Origin: Clostridia bacterium
GTDB taxonomy: Bacteria > Bacillota > Clostridia > Oscillospirales > CAG-272
Reading direction: 5' to 3'
NCBI GenBank assembly: GCA_017456005.1
Contig: JAFTLJ010000065.1
Coordinates: forward strand, 3,962-67,961
Length of the DNA stretch: 64,000 nucleotides
The notes under the pieces were generated by a model, which was given only the letters and a program-made list of their open reading frames with translations, did not search any database and was not told the DNA's origin. The translations under genes and the position numbers were made by a program. Each line of letters opens with the position of its first letter. Positions within the stretch are counted from its first letter, which is position 1. Below, piece by piece: positions 51,965-60,316 of this stretch.

Positions 51965-53899
51965 ATGGGACTCACCATAGCGCAGAAAATCATAAAAAAC
52001 CACCTTGTTTCCGGCGAAATGACACCCGGCGCGGAAATAGGACTTCGCATAGACCAGACACTCACACAGGACGCCACGGGCACGATGGCTTACCTTCAGT
52101 TTGAGGCGATGGGCACGGAAAGGGTAAAAACAGAGCTTTCCGTAGCATACATAGACCACAACACGCTTCAGGCAGGCTTTGAAAACGCAGACGACCACAG
52201 ATATATACAGACGGTAACGAAAAAGCACGGCATCCGCTTCTCCCGCCCCGGCAACGGTATTTGCCACCAGGTACACCTCGAACGCTTCGGTATACCCGGC
52301 AAAACACTCATCGGCTCCGACAGCCACACCCCCACGGCGGGCGGCCTAGGTATGCTCGCGATGGGTGCGGGCGGCCTTGACGTAGCCGTAGCAATGGGCG
52401 GCGGTGCATATTATATCAATATGCCCAAGATCATCGGCGTAGAGCTCACAGGCAAGCTCCCCGACTTCGTAGGCGCGAAGGACGTTATACTCTACGTTCT
52501 TTCCAAGCTCGGCGTAAAAGGCGGCGTTGGCAAGGTTGTGGAATACTACGGCGAAGGCGTAAAGACACTTTCCGTTCCCGAAAGAGCCACCATTACAAAC
52601 ATGGGTGCAGAGCTCGGTGCTACAAGCTCCGTATTCCCCTCTGATGAAGTAACGCTCGCTTTTCTTAAATCTCAGCAGAGAGAGTGCGATTACGTGCCCC
52701 TCGGCCCCGACGAAGACGTGGTTTACGACGAGCACCTGAGCGTAAACCTTTCGGAGCTCGTTCCGCTCGCGGCTTGCCCACACAGCCCCGATAACGTTCG
52801 CCCCGTATCCGAGCTCGCAGGAATGAAGCTCGACCAGGTTTGCGTAGGCTCCTGCACAAACTCCTCCATGCTCGATATGCTCACTGTTTCCTCCATTCTT
52901 AAAGATAAAACTGTTCACGCCGACGTGGAAATGTCCGTTTCCCCCGGCTCTAAGGAAGTTCTCTCCATGCTCGCCGACTGCGGCGCGCTCACAGACATGG
53001 TAAGCGCCGGTGCGAGAATACTCGAATGTGCATGCGGCCCTTGCATCGGTATGGGCTTCTCCCCGAAATCCGCAGGTGTCAGCCTGCGCACATTCAACCG
53101 CAACTTTGAAGCGAGAAGCGGCACGGCAGACGCAAAGGTTTACCTCGTTTCCCCGCAGACTGCAGCGGCTTCCGCTATAACAGGTGTGTTCACAGACCCG
53201 CGCACGCTCGGCAAAGCACCCGAAATCAACCTCCCCGAGGTTATGAAGATAAACGATAACCTTATCGAAATGCCCGCAAGCCCCGAAGAGGCGGCAAGCA
53301 TAGACGTAGAACGCGGCCCCAATATAAAACCCATTCCGAAGGGTGTGCGCCCCGCAGAAGACCTCGCCTGCAAAACGGCGCTCAAGGTTGGCGATAATAT
53401 CACCACAGACCACATCATGCCCGCAGGCACAAAGATACTCCCCTACCGTTCCAACGTACCGAAGCTTTCTGAGTTCTGCTTCACCGTTTGCGATAAAGAG
53501 TTCCCCGAAAGAGCAAAAGCGCTCGGCGGCGGTATCATCGTAGGCGGCGCAAACTACGGCCAGGGCTCTTCCCGTGAGCACGCGGCGCTCGTGCCCCTCT
53601 ACCTCGGCATAAAAGCCGTTGTGGCAAAGAGCTTTGCGCGCATACATATGGCAAACCTCATCAACTTCGGTATTATCCCGCTCACGTTCAAAAACCCCGA
53701 TGATTTTGAAAAAATCGCGCAGGGCGACGATATAGAAATCAAAGGCTTTGCTTCCGGCATTGCCGCAAAAGACGAAATCGTCCTCGAAAACAAGACAAAC
53801 GGCGAAAAAATAACGCTCGTTCTCGCCGCAACGGCACGCCAGCGCGAAATTTTGCTCGCGGGCGGCTTGCTCAACTACACAAAGGATAAGGAGAACTAA
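51965..53899 (+). CDS. acn: Aconitate hydratase
   Basis: 644 aa: 'IGSDSHT', 'CTNSS', 'CGPCIGMG', 'GQGSSREHAA'. Confidence 0.9.
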   Translation: MGLTIAQKIIKNHLVSGEMTPGAEIGLRIDQTLTQDATGTMAYLQFEAMGTERVKTELSVAYIDHNTLQAGFENADDHRYIQTVTKKHGIRFSRPGNGICHQVHLERFGIPGKTLIGSDSHTPTAGGLGMLAMGAGGLDVAVAMGGGAYYINMPKIIGVELTGKLPDFVGAKDVILYVLSKLGVKGGVGKVVEYYGEGVKTLSVPERATITNMGAELGATSSVFPSDEVTLAFLKSQQRECDYVPLGPDEDVVYDEHLSVNLSELVPLAACPHSPDNVRPVSELAGMKLDQVCVGSCTNSSMLDMLTVSSILKDKTVHADVEMSVSPGSKEVLSMLADCGALTDMVSAGARILECACGPCIGMGFSPKSAGVSLRTFNRNFEARSGTADAKVYLVSPQTAAASAITGVFTDPRTLGKAPEINLPEVMKINDNLIEMPASPEEAASIDVERGPNIKPIPKGVRPAEDLACKTALKVGDNITTDHIMPAGTKILPYRSNVPKLSEFCFTVCDKEFPERAKALGGGIIVGGANYGQGSSREHAALVPLYLGIKAVVAKSFARIHMANLINFGIIPLTFKNPDDFEKIAQGDDIEIKGFASGIAAKDEIVLENKTNGEKITLVLAATARQREILLAGGLLNYTKDKEN

Positions 53900-53903
53900 T
53901 AAA

Positions 53904-55079
53904 ATGGCAGATATGACAGTTAACGCACAGCTCGACGCGGCGTGCGAAAAATTCAGAAAAATCCTCGAAAAACAGCTTGTAAGAATCGAAGATATGAAAT
54001 CTCAGGGCGATTTTGTAGATTACAACGCCCTCAATAAAATTCGCATCGGCGTATGCGGCGGCGACGGCATCGGCCCCACTATCACGGCAGAGGCAAGACG
54101 CGTGCTCGAATTTATGCTCGCCGATATGGTAGAGGCCGGTAAGGTTGAATTTGTAAACATCGACGGTCTTACCATCGAAAACCGCATCGCTTGCGGCAAA
54201 GCCATTCCCGACGACGTTATGGCAGAGCTCAAGTCCTGCGAGATAATCCTCAAGGGCCCCACGACAACCCCCCAGAAGGGCGACGGTATGCCCAATATCG
54301 AAAGCGCAAACGTTGCTATGAGAAAGGCGCTCGACCTTTTTGCGAATATCCGCCCCGTTAAGGTTCCCGCAGAGGGCATCGACTGGACAATCTTCCGTGA
54401 AAACACAGAAGGCGGCTACGCTGTGGGCAAAGAGGGCTTCAACGTAACGGACGACCTCGCGGTAGACTTCGTTATCACAACAAAACAGGGCTCCGACAGA
54501 ATTGCACGCCTTGCATACGACTATGCGCGCAAGAACGGCTACGGCAGAGTTTCCCTTATTTCCAAAGCAAACGTTATCAAAACAACAGACGGCAACTTCC
54601 TCGAAGATTGCCACAAGGTTGCGGCAGAATACCCCGAAATAGTAACCGACGAATGGTATGCAGACATCATCACGGCGAAGCTCGTAGACCCGAAGCGCCG
54701 CCGCGACTTCAAAGTGCTCGTTGCCCCCAACCTCTACGGCGACATCATCTCCGATGAAGCGGCAGAGTTCCAGGGCGGTGTTGGTACGGCAGGCTGTGCA
54801 AACATCGGCAAAAAATACGCTATGTTTGAGGCTATCCACGGCTCCGCGCCCAGAATGGTCAAGGAAGGCCGCGCACAGTATGCAGACCCCTGCTCTATGC
54901 TCCGCGGCTGTGTAATGCTCCTTTCCCACATCGGCTTGCAGGAAAAGGCAGACAAGCTTGCAAAAGCGCTCGACATTTGCTGCTTCGAAGAAAAGAAGCT
55001 CACTATAACGGGCAGAGATACGGGTGCAACCTGCGAAGAATTCGGCAACTACGTAATGGAAACGCTCAAAGCGCTTTGA
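53904..55079 (+). CDS. icd: Isocitrate/isopropylmalate dehydrogenase family enzyme, probable isocitrate dehydrogenase
   Basis: 391 aa: 'GDGIGPTI', 'RENTEG', 'NLYGDIISDEAA', 'EAIHGSAP'. Confidence 0.85.
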   Translation: MADMTVNAQLDAACEKFRKILEKQLVRIEDMKSQGDFVDYNALNKIRIGVCGGDGIGPTITAEARRVLEFMLADMVEAGKVEFVNIDGLTIENRIACGKAIPDDVMAELKSCEIILKGPTTTPQKGDGMPNIESANVAMRKALDLFANIRPVKVPAEGIDWTIFRENTEGGYAVGKEGFNVTDDLAVDFVITTKQGSDRIARLAYDYARKNGYGRVSLISKANVIKTTDGNFLEDCHKVAAEYPEIVTDEWYADIITAKLVDPKRRRDFKVLVAPNLYGDIISDEAAEFQGGVGTAGCANIGKKYAMFEAIHGSAPRMVKEGRAQYADPCSMLRGCVMLLSHIGLQEKADKLAKALDICCFEEKKLTITGRDTGATCEEFGNYVMETLKAL

Positions 55080-55086
55080 TTAAAAT

Positions 55087-55124
55087 AATAATAACCACCA
55101 GCAAACTGGTGGTTATTATTTTAT
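55087..55124 (+). terminator. Rho-independent terminator
   Basis: 15-bp stem AATAATAACCACCAG / CTGGTGGTTATTATT, loop CAAA. Confidence 0.85.
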
Positions 55125-55131
55125 AGAGATA

Positions 55132-55383
55132 TCATTTTATGTGCAACGCAAGCCAATATGTAATAGGCAATTTTGTGCCTTCTGCTATTTTATCGAGCGT
55201 ATCCAGCGTTATGGAAACTTTGCATTTTTCCATATTCGTAACGTGGCGCTGGCTCAAATCGCAGAGTTCTGCAAACTTCTCGCGAGAAATATGTGCTTCC
55301 TTTCTGTAGTTTATGAGGTTGATCGATAAAATCACCCTTGAATTTTGTTGTGTGTAATTTACAACTTTTGATGTTCCGAACAT
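55132..55383 (-). CDS. XRE-family HTH protein
   Basis: 83 aa: 'ISREKFAELCDLSQRHVTNMEKCK'. Confidence 0.75.
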   Translation of the reverse strand: MFGTSKVVNYTQQNSRVILSINLINYRKEAHISREKFAELCDLSQRHVTNMEKCKVSITLDTLDKIAEGTKLPITYWLALHIK

Positions 55384-55565
55384 TGTCTGTTCCTCCTAAA
55401 ATAAGTATTTTGGGCAGAACCCGACAATATACGGGTTTTTAAGGCGAAGTGTGACAAAAAAACGAAAAAAGTTAAAAAATTTTTTACCGTAAATTCGCCT
55501 TGTATAGTAGTAGTAATTATATCAAACCATTAAAAATTTTTTTAACAGCAACCTACCCCCATAAA

Positions 55566-55610
55566 ACAAAAATGCTTCCCCTACTGCTGATGCAGGGGAA
55601 GCATTTTTTG
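55566..55610 (-). terminator. Rho-independent terminator of the GH43 gene
   Basis: AATGCTTCCCCT / AGGGGAAGCATT stem flanked by A and T runs. Confidence 0.8.
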
Positions 55611-55636
55611 CAAATATTGCTTCAAATAGTCAATAG
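55611..55636. repeat. Direct repeat, left copy, flanking GH43
   Basis: CAAATATTGCTTCAAATAGTCAATAG. Compare with 57210-57232. Confidence 0.6.
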
Positions 55637-55646
55637 CTTGGCTCTT

Positions 55647-57158
55647 TTACGGCAGTTTTTTTGCCGAAGCGAAGGTAACGCCTATTTCGCCGTTTTCGCA
55701 GAATATGCCGAAATACGTTCCCGTAAAAGTCATCGTATGCGTAATTTCGGTGCAAAGCAAGGTTGCTCTTCCGCGCCCCAATTCAACGAATCCGTCCTCG
55801 GCTTCATACGAAAACGTGTACCATTCCTCGTCGCTTTCTATTTTCAGACGTATCGAGCCGCTGTAGTTTATTTTATGGCGCGCGGCAACCACATCGATAT
55901 CGGCCACGCGCTTGCGAAGGCAAACATAAAATCCGTCTTTTTCTTTCGTAATTAAAATATCATAATGATAATCGCTGTTGTAAAACGCCGTAATTCCTGC
56001 GTATTGACCGTTCTGCACCTCCCCTGCAAGCAGAGCTTGCATTTCCGCACGAAAAGCCTGTTGGCGCACGGCTATCATAGTGGGAGCCCCACGCGATGTG
56101 GAAAGCCCGTCGCCATCGCCGATAAGAATAACACGACCTTTCTCTGCGCGGTAACACTCGCGCTTTGGGTTGCGCACGAAGTTCCATCTCAAATTCAGTT
56201 CATCCGTTTCAAATCGATCCTCAAAATCGAAACTCACTGGTTGCGGAGCAGGCCCGGGAAGCTCGCCTTCCATTTCCAAAGCTATAACGCCGCCGTTTCC
56301 TATCGTCGGCCAGCCCTCGTCATCCCACGATAAAGGCGAGAGAAAAGTTTCGCGCCCGAGATTATGAAGCATCACCTTCGGAAGCGGACGAATACCCAGG
56401 CACAAAAGCCACCAATTTCCGTTTTGATCCTCTACAATATCGGCATGCCCCGTTGACTGGATAGGGGAATCGGGGCTGTTTCTGTGTGTAAGTATTGGGG
56501 TGCGTGGGCATTTTTCATATGGACCGTAGATGTCACGCGCTCGTTGTATGGTCACCATATGGCCGTATTCCGTGCCTCCCTCTGCGAGCATAAGATAATA
56601 CCAACCGTTACGCTTATATATATGCGGTGCTTCCGCACATCTTCCTCCGCAACCTTTGGAAATACGGCGAGAAGCCGTATGCATTTCGCCCGTAAACGGG
56701 TCTATTTCGCACAGGAAAATGCCGCCCCCGTCTTCGCGATTTGCCGAACCGTTGGAAACAAAGTAGCATGTTCCGTCATCATCCCAGAAAAGAGATGGGT
56801 CTATGCCTCCCTGACCAACCCAAGCGGGCTCGCTCCACTTGCCGTAAATATCATCTGTGTTAACGATAAAATTACCACCGCGAGTCACGTTTGTGGTTGT
56901 CATAAAAAACGTGCCGTCGTGGTAGCGCAGCGTAGGCGCATATATTCCGCTCGATGGCTTGCCGTTGTGCAGCGAAAGCTGTGTATCGTCAGTAAGACAA
57001 TAATTTATCAATTCCCAGTTGATAAGATTTTTGCTGTGGTAAATCGGCACACCGGGAAAAAACTCAAACGTGGATGTAATAAGGTAAAAATCCTCACCCA
57101 CGCGGCAAATGCTGGGGTCGGGATGAAATCCGGGAAGAATAGGGTTCTCATATTTCAT
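55647..57158 (-). CDS. GH43 beta-xylosidase/alpha-L-arabinofuranosidase
   Basis: 503 aa: 'NPILPGFHPDPSICRVGEDFYLITSTFEFFPGVPIYHSKNLINWE'. Confidence 0.9.
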   Translation of the reverse strand: MKYENPILPGFHPDPSICRVGEDFYLITSTFEFFPGVPIYHSKNLINWELINYCLTDDTQLSLHNGKPSSGIYAPTLRYHDGTFFMTTTNVTRGGNFIVNTDDIYGKWSEPAWVGQGGIDPSLFWDDDGTCYFVSNGSANREDGGGIFLCEIDPFTGEMHTASRRISKGCGGRCAEAPHIYKRNGWYYLMLAEGGTEYGHMVTIQRARDIYGPYEKCPRTPILTHRNSPDSPIQSTGHADIVEDQNGNWWLLCLGIRPLPKVMLHNLGRETFLSPLSWDDEGWPTIGNGGVIALEMEGELPGPAPQPVSFDFEDRFETDELNLRWNFVRNPKRECYRAEKGRVILIGDGDGLSTSRGAPTMIAVRQQAFRAEMQALLAGEVQNGQYAGITAFYNSDYHYDILITKEKDGFYVCLRKRVADIDVVAARHKINYSGSIRLKIESDEEWYTFSYEAEDGFVELGRGRATLLCTEITHTMTFTGTYFGIFCENGEIGVTFASAKKLP

Positions 57159-57209
57159 ATATCATACCATCCTGAATAGAATTTCGGTTTTATTGTCCAT
57201 ATTTTACCA

Positions 57210-57232
57210 CAAATGCCTTCAATAGTCAATAG
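57210..57232. repeat. Direct repeat, right copy, flanking GH43
   Basis: CAAATGCCTTCAATAGTCAATAG. Confidence 0.6.
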
Positions 57233-57237
57233 AAACT

Positions 57238-57265
57238 AAAAATGCCCGCAAACGGGCATTTTTTA
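57238..57265 (-). terminator. Rho-independent terminator
   Basis: ATGCCCG-CAAA-CGGGCAT flanked by A5/T5. Confidence 0.8.
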
Positions 57266-57269
57266 GTTA

Positions 57270-57764
57270 TCAAAAATTATATATGCTGTTTTTACGCCAA
57301 TATTTATGTACTAAATACCAAACTGCAAAATCCCAAATAACAAACCCTGTCCAATCATAGCAAAAAGCAAATATTCCCAAAAACAGATTCATATACCATG
57401 CAGTGAAAAAGTCCGATGAAACCGAAATCGCGATAAAAGCAACTATCGGCATAGATGCTATCATTTCCGCCCTGAATTCTTGCGATTTAAAAATATATAC
57501 AACTTTACTTTTAAATGTTACTTTCGTATCTTTGACATCAACTATATATTTTCGCTTCTTTTCGATATTATCTGCTCTGCGCCAATGTACGATAGCCGCG
57601 ATAATAGACGCGGGAACAAACGCAACTATAAGATAAGTTGTGTTCATATCTCCGAAAAAATTTGCAAAAGTCGTCAATATATTGAATCCGATCAAATATA
57701 TAACGAAAAATAACGCACCGTAAGCAAGCATCCATAAAAATTTTTTCAGACATAATCTAATCAT
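57270..57764 (-). CDS. Small polytopic membrane protein, unknown function
   Basis: 164 aa, AT-rich, 4 or more hydrophobic spans. Divergent from the XRE gene. Confidence 0.65.
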   Translation of the reverse strand: MIRLCLKKFLWMLAYGALFFVIYLIGFNILTTFANFFGDMNTTYLIVAFVPASIIAAIVHWRRADNIEKKRKYIVDVKDTKVTFKSKVVYIFKSQEFRAEMIASMPIVAFIAISVSSDFFTAWYMNLFLGIFAFCYDWTGFVIWDFAVWYLVHKYWRKNSIYNF

Positions 57765-57812
57765 AAATCTCCTCCTCTTTAAATATTATTTTTTCATTTA
57801 TCCATAATAATT

Positions 57813-57864
57813 ATACTGCATTTTGCGGTTAAAGTCAATACTGCAAAATGCGGTTTGATATAAT
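57813..57864 (+). promoter_or_regulatory. Promoter with two 18-nt direct-repeat operator-like sites
   Basis: ATACTGCATTTTGCGGTT (57813-57830) and ATACTGCAAAATGCGGTT (57838-57855). TGATATAAT extended -10 at 57856-57864. Confidence 0.5.
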
Positions 57865-57894
57865 TTTCATATAAAATAAAAGGTGAGGATATTT

Positions 57895-58110
57895 ATGATA
57901 TATAAGAGAATACGTGATTTACGAGAGGATAAAGATATAACACAAAAAGAAATTTCTAAAATTCTCAACTGTTCACAGCAAGTTTACAGCAATTATGAAT
58001 TAGGTCAAAGAGATATCCCCACCTATATTCTGATAAAGCTTTCAAATTTTTACAATGTTTCCGTAGATTATATACTCGGCATCACAGACAACCCTAAAAT
58101 ACAAAGATAA
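57895..58110 (+). CDS. XRE-family HTH regulator
   Basis: 71 aa from the ATG (GGTGAGGA SD): 'ITQKEISKILNCSQQVYSNYELGQRDIP'. Confidence 0.8.
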   Translation: MIYKRIRDLREDKDITQKEISKILNCSQQVYSNYELGQRDIPTYILIKLSNFYNVSVDYILGITDNPKIQR

Positions 58111-58136
58111 AAACGAGAGCTTAGCTCTCGTTTTTA
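58108..58136. terminator. Bidirectional terminator shared by convergent genes
   Basis: AAACGAGAGC-TTA-GCTCTCGTTT. Confidence 0.8.
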
Positions 58137-58441
58137 TCTTTGAGTTTTGCAATAAAATATTCACTTATAATCATAGTAGGAACAGAAACCCAAAAAAGAG
58201 TTTCCAGCACACAGCTTACCTCCCAAACCGATTTCGATACCTCCGTAAAATCACCGTGATTTCCTACAAAATATTTTCCGTTTTCTTCATACCCAAGTCC
58301 GGCATTACCGCCCACTATCATAGAAAAGAGGAAAAATATCAGCATTATGGATATACAGATAATCTTTACTGCAACCGCCATATTCTTTTTCGCGCTTTTC
58401 TGCATTTTTCTCCGCCTTTCTTTAATATCAGCCATAACCAT
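58121..58441 (-). CDS. Small membrane protein, unknown
   Basis: 106 aa with a basic N-terminus and 2 TM spans. Confidence 0.55.
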   Translation of the reverse strand: MVMADIKERRRKMQKSAKKNMAVAVKIICISIMLIFFLFSMIVGGNAGLGYEENGKYFVGNHGDFTEVSKSVWEVSCVLETLFWVSVPTMIISEYFIAKLKDKNES

Positions 58442-58489
58442 CTACTATGTCATTACAGAGCGAATCAAACAATATCGAAGCAGTAAAAA

Positions 58490-58903
58490 TTATAAAATAA
58501 CAAAAAGCAAAATCAAATGAATCAAAAATATAATTAAACTAATTACAAATTTAAAACAGTTACCTTCCCAATTATCATTTTTCCGTTCTTCTTCAGGTTT
58601 ATCATAATTAAAAGACACTCTTCCTGTTGAACATTGATCGAATAACAAATACCATTTATTTTTTATAGCATACGCAAATAAAACATCAAATAAAAGCCAA
58701 GCACACCCCGAAATAATGGTAGCCGGAAGCGTAGGTGCACCATTAGCGGCATAAATACACAGCATTATAAAAGAAATCAACATTGTGACAATAAAAGAAA
58801 AAGAGAATATCGCTTTTTGTCTTTTTATTTTTTTATCACGTTCTTTCTGTAATTTTTGTTTTAATCTCCGTCGTTTGGACATCGTATTTGCCCTCTTTTT
58901 CAC
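58490..58903 (-). CDS. Small membrane protein, unknown
   Basis: 137 aa with a Lys/Arg-rich N-terminus and 3 TM spans. Confidence 0.55.
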   Translation of the reverse strand: MKKRANTMSKRRRLKQKLQKERDKKIKRQKAIFSFSFIVTMLISFIMLCIYAANGAPTLPATIISGCAWLLFDVLFAYAIKNKWYLLFDQCSTGRVSFNYDKPEEERKNDNWEGNCFKFVISLIIFLIHLILLFVIL

Positions 58904-59061
58904 TTTTTTATTCTATTATTTTATTTTAACACAGTGTAAAATAATTTTCAATATAAAACTGTGGTGTTTGTATGGGTTGGCGAAGCCGACGGATGAGTAT
59001 GCCCTGCACAAAAACTAACATTTTTCCGGTGCAGACTGCCTTCTGGAAATCTAAAAAGCAC

Positions 59062-59820
59062 TCATTTTGGCTCTGCAAATTGCTTCAACTTTAAAGTTTT
59101 TTCGCTGTTCTTTCGAATTTTATTTGCATATAAAATCCCTTTTACGGATAACAATTCCAAAAGAATCTCATTTGGAGTAAAATAATTGGTTGCTATCTCA
59201 GCCAAAACAATGCCAACTGTTTGATACTCTTTATAAATAGATTGAATCTCTGTGCTGTTTGTAATCCCCTTAATCTTATCTGCTACCCGATACCATTGTA
59301 ATTTTTCCTTATCTTTGAATTTTTCATTATTTGAGCATAAGAAAATCAATAATCCGCGTTTATCTGCTTTTCCGTAAATGTCAAGTAAATGTAAAGCAAC
59401 ATCATCTCTATTACGCAAATATTGATTGTAGAATTCAAAAAAATCTACCGGAGAATATTTGTCCGATAAATAATATCGCTTAGCCAATGTATATACAGGA
59501 GCCTCATCATATGCCATTAATTTCATCAACCATTTGTCGGGCAATTCCATATGGCAAAGTGTAAGCAAAGAAATATGGTTTTGTATGAGATAATGGAGTA
59601 AATCTTCCGAGAATTCGTTGGGATTCATAATGGGTAACAGGCAATCCCAGACAGCTTCCTCCCAAGGGCTCGTTTCCAGTCGTTTTCTCAATTCATTCTG
59701 TAATCTTAAATTTAATGAAAGCATTTCATCTATATTGAAATCTTCGCACATCTGCAACACTTCAGTGGCAACATCACAATCTCTTGACAATATCTCATTA
59801 AGTCTATGTGTCGCATTCAT
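59062..59820 (-). CDS. Hypothetical helical protein
   Basis: 252 aa from ATG 59820 (GAAAGGG SD). The ORF-track start at 59880 is a TTG. No family recognised. Confidence 0.55.
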   Translation of the reverse strand: MNATHRLNEILSRDCDVATEVLQMCEDFNIDEMLSLNLRLQNELRKRLETSPWEEAVWDCLLPIMNPNEFSEDLLHYLIQNHISLLTLCHMELPDKWLMKLMAYDEAPVYTLAKRYYLSDKYSPVDFFEFYNQYLRNRDDVALHLLDIYGKADKRGLLIFLCSNNEKFKDKEKLQWYRVADKIKGITNSTEIQSIYKEYQTVGIVLAEIATNYFTPNEILLELLSVKGILYANKIRKNSEKTLKLKQFAEPK

Positions 59821-59954
59821 AATTAGCCCTTTCTCGGTGTATGTAAATATTTTATGCCTCTTTATATTGATTGTTGGCAAGCTGTCATTAATATGTTTAT
59901 TATATCACACCCCAAAATATTTATCAATATAAATTGCACACTAGCTCATGGCAA

Positions 59955-60183
59955 CATTATAAGGACGGTCGGGCTTCCCCTCGAGGAGAAGTTCCCGCGA
60001 AAGCGGGTGATGAGGTGTCTAAAGTGCAGACTCCTCTCCCTTGTGCGAACACATCGAGAGCGACACGCTTTCGGGCGCGGATTTGTTTTGGCGCGTCAAT
60101 GTTGGACTCGCTTTTCTGCGGAAAAGCCACGGCGGTTGCAAAGCCCATTCAGGGCTTTGCCAAGAGCCGCCTTTCGAGTCCAA
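59955..60183. other. GC-rich structured non-coding block, including a three-way-junction-like fold
   Basis: P1 TTGGACTCG (60102-60110) / CGAGTCCAA (60175-60183). P2 CTTTTC-TGCG-GAAAAG (60111-60126). P3 TTGCAAAGCCC-ATTCA-GGGCTTTGCCAA (60136-60163), extended by GGCGG / CCGCC. Upstream hairpin CCCGC-GAAA-GCGGG. Confidence 0.5.
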
Positions 60184-60201
60184 ATTCTTTGCAAGATATA
60201 G

Positions 60202-60236
60202 AAAAAAAGACTATCGCGTATGCGATAGTCTTTTTT
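60202..60236 (-). terminator. Terminator of the ptuAB-like operon (bidirectional)
   Basis: A7-GACTATCGC-GTAT-GCGATAGTC-T6. Confidence 0.85.
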
Positions 60237-60316
60237 CTATGGCTTCACACAACAGTTTTGAACCCTCCTATAAAACACCAAATATATGGGAAAAGCATTA
60301 GTTTTCCAATGTCAAC

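Noticed and set aside
59983-60012. Hammerhead ribozyme or C/D-box-like 'TGATGAG' after a GAAA-capped hairpin
   Set aside because: The required order of conserved elements (CUGAUGA, stem II, GAAA, stem III, cleavage site) is not met, and no D box or second conserved core could be found. It is retained only as a shared motif of the repeat family.
59934-60300. Retron msr/msd ncRNA associated with the PtuAB pair
   Set aside because: No reverse transcriptase gene lies in the vicinity. The block is downstream of ptuB and beyond the operon terminator, whereas retron ncRNAs precede the RT upstream of ptuA.
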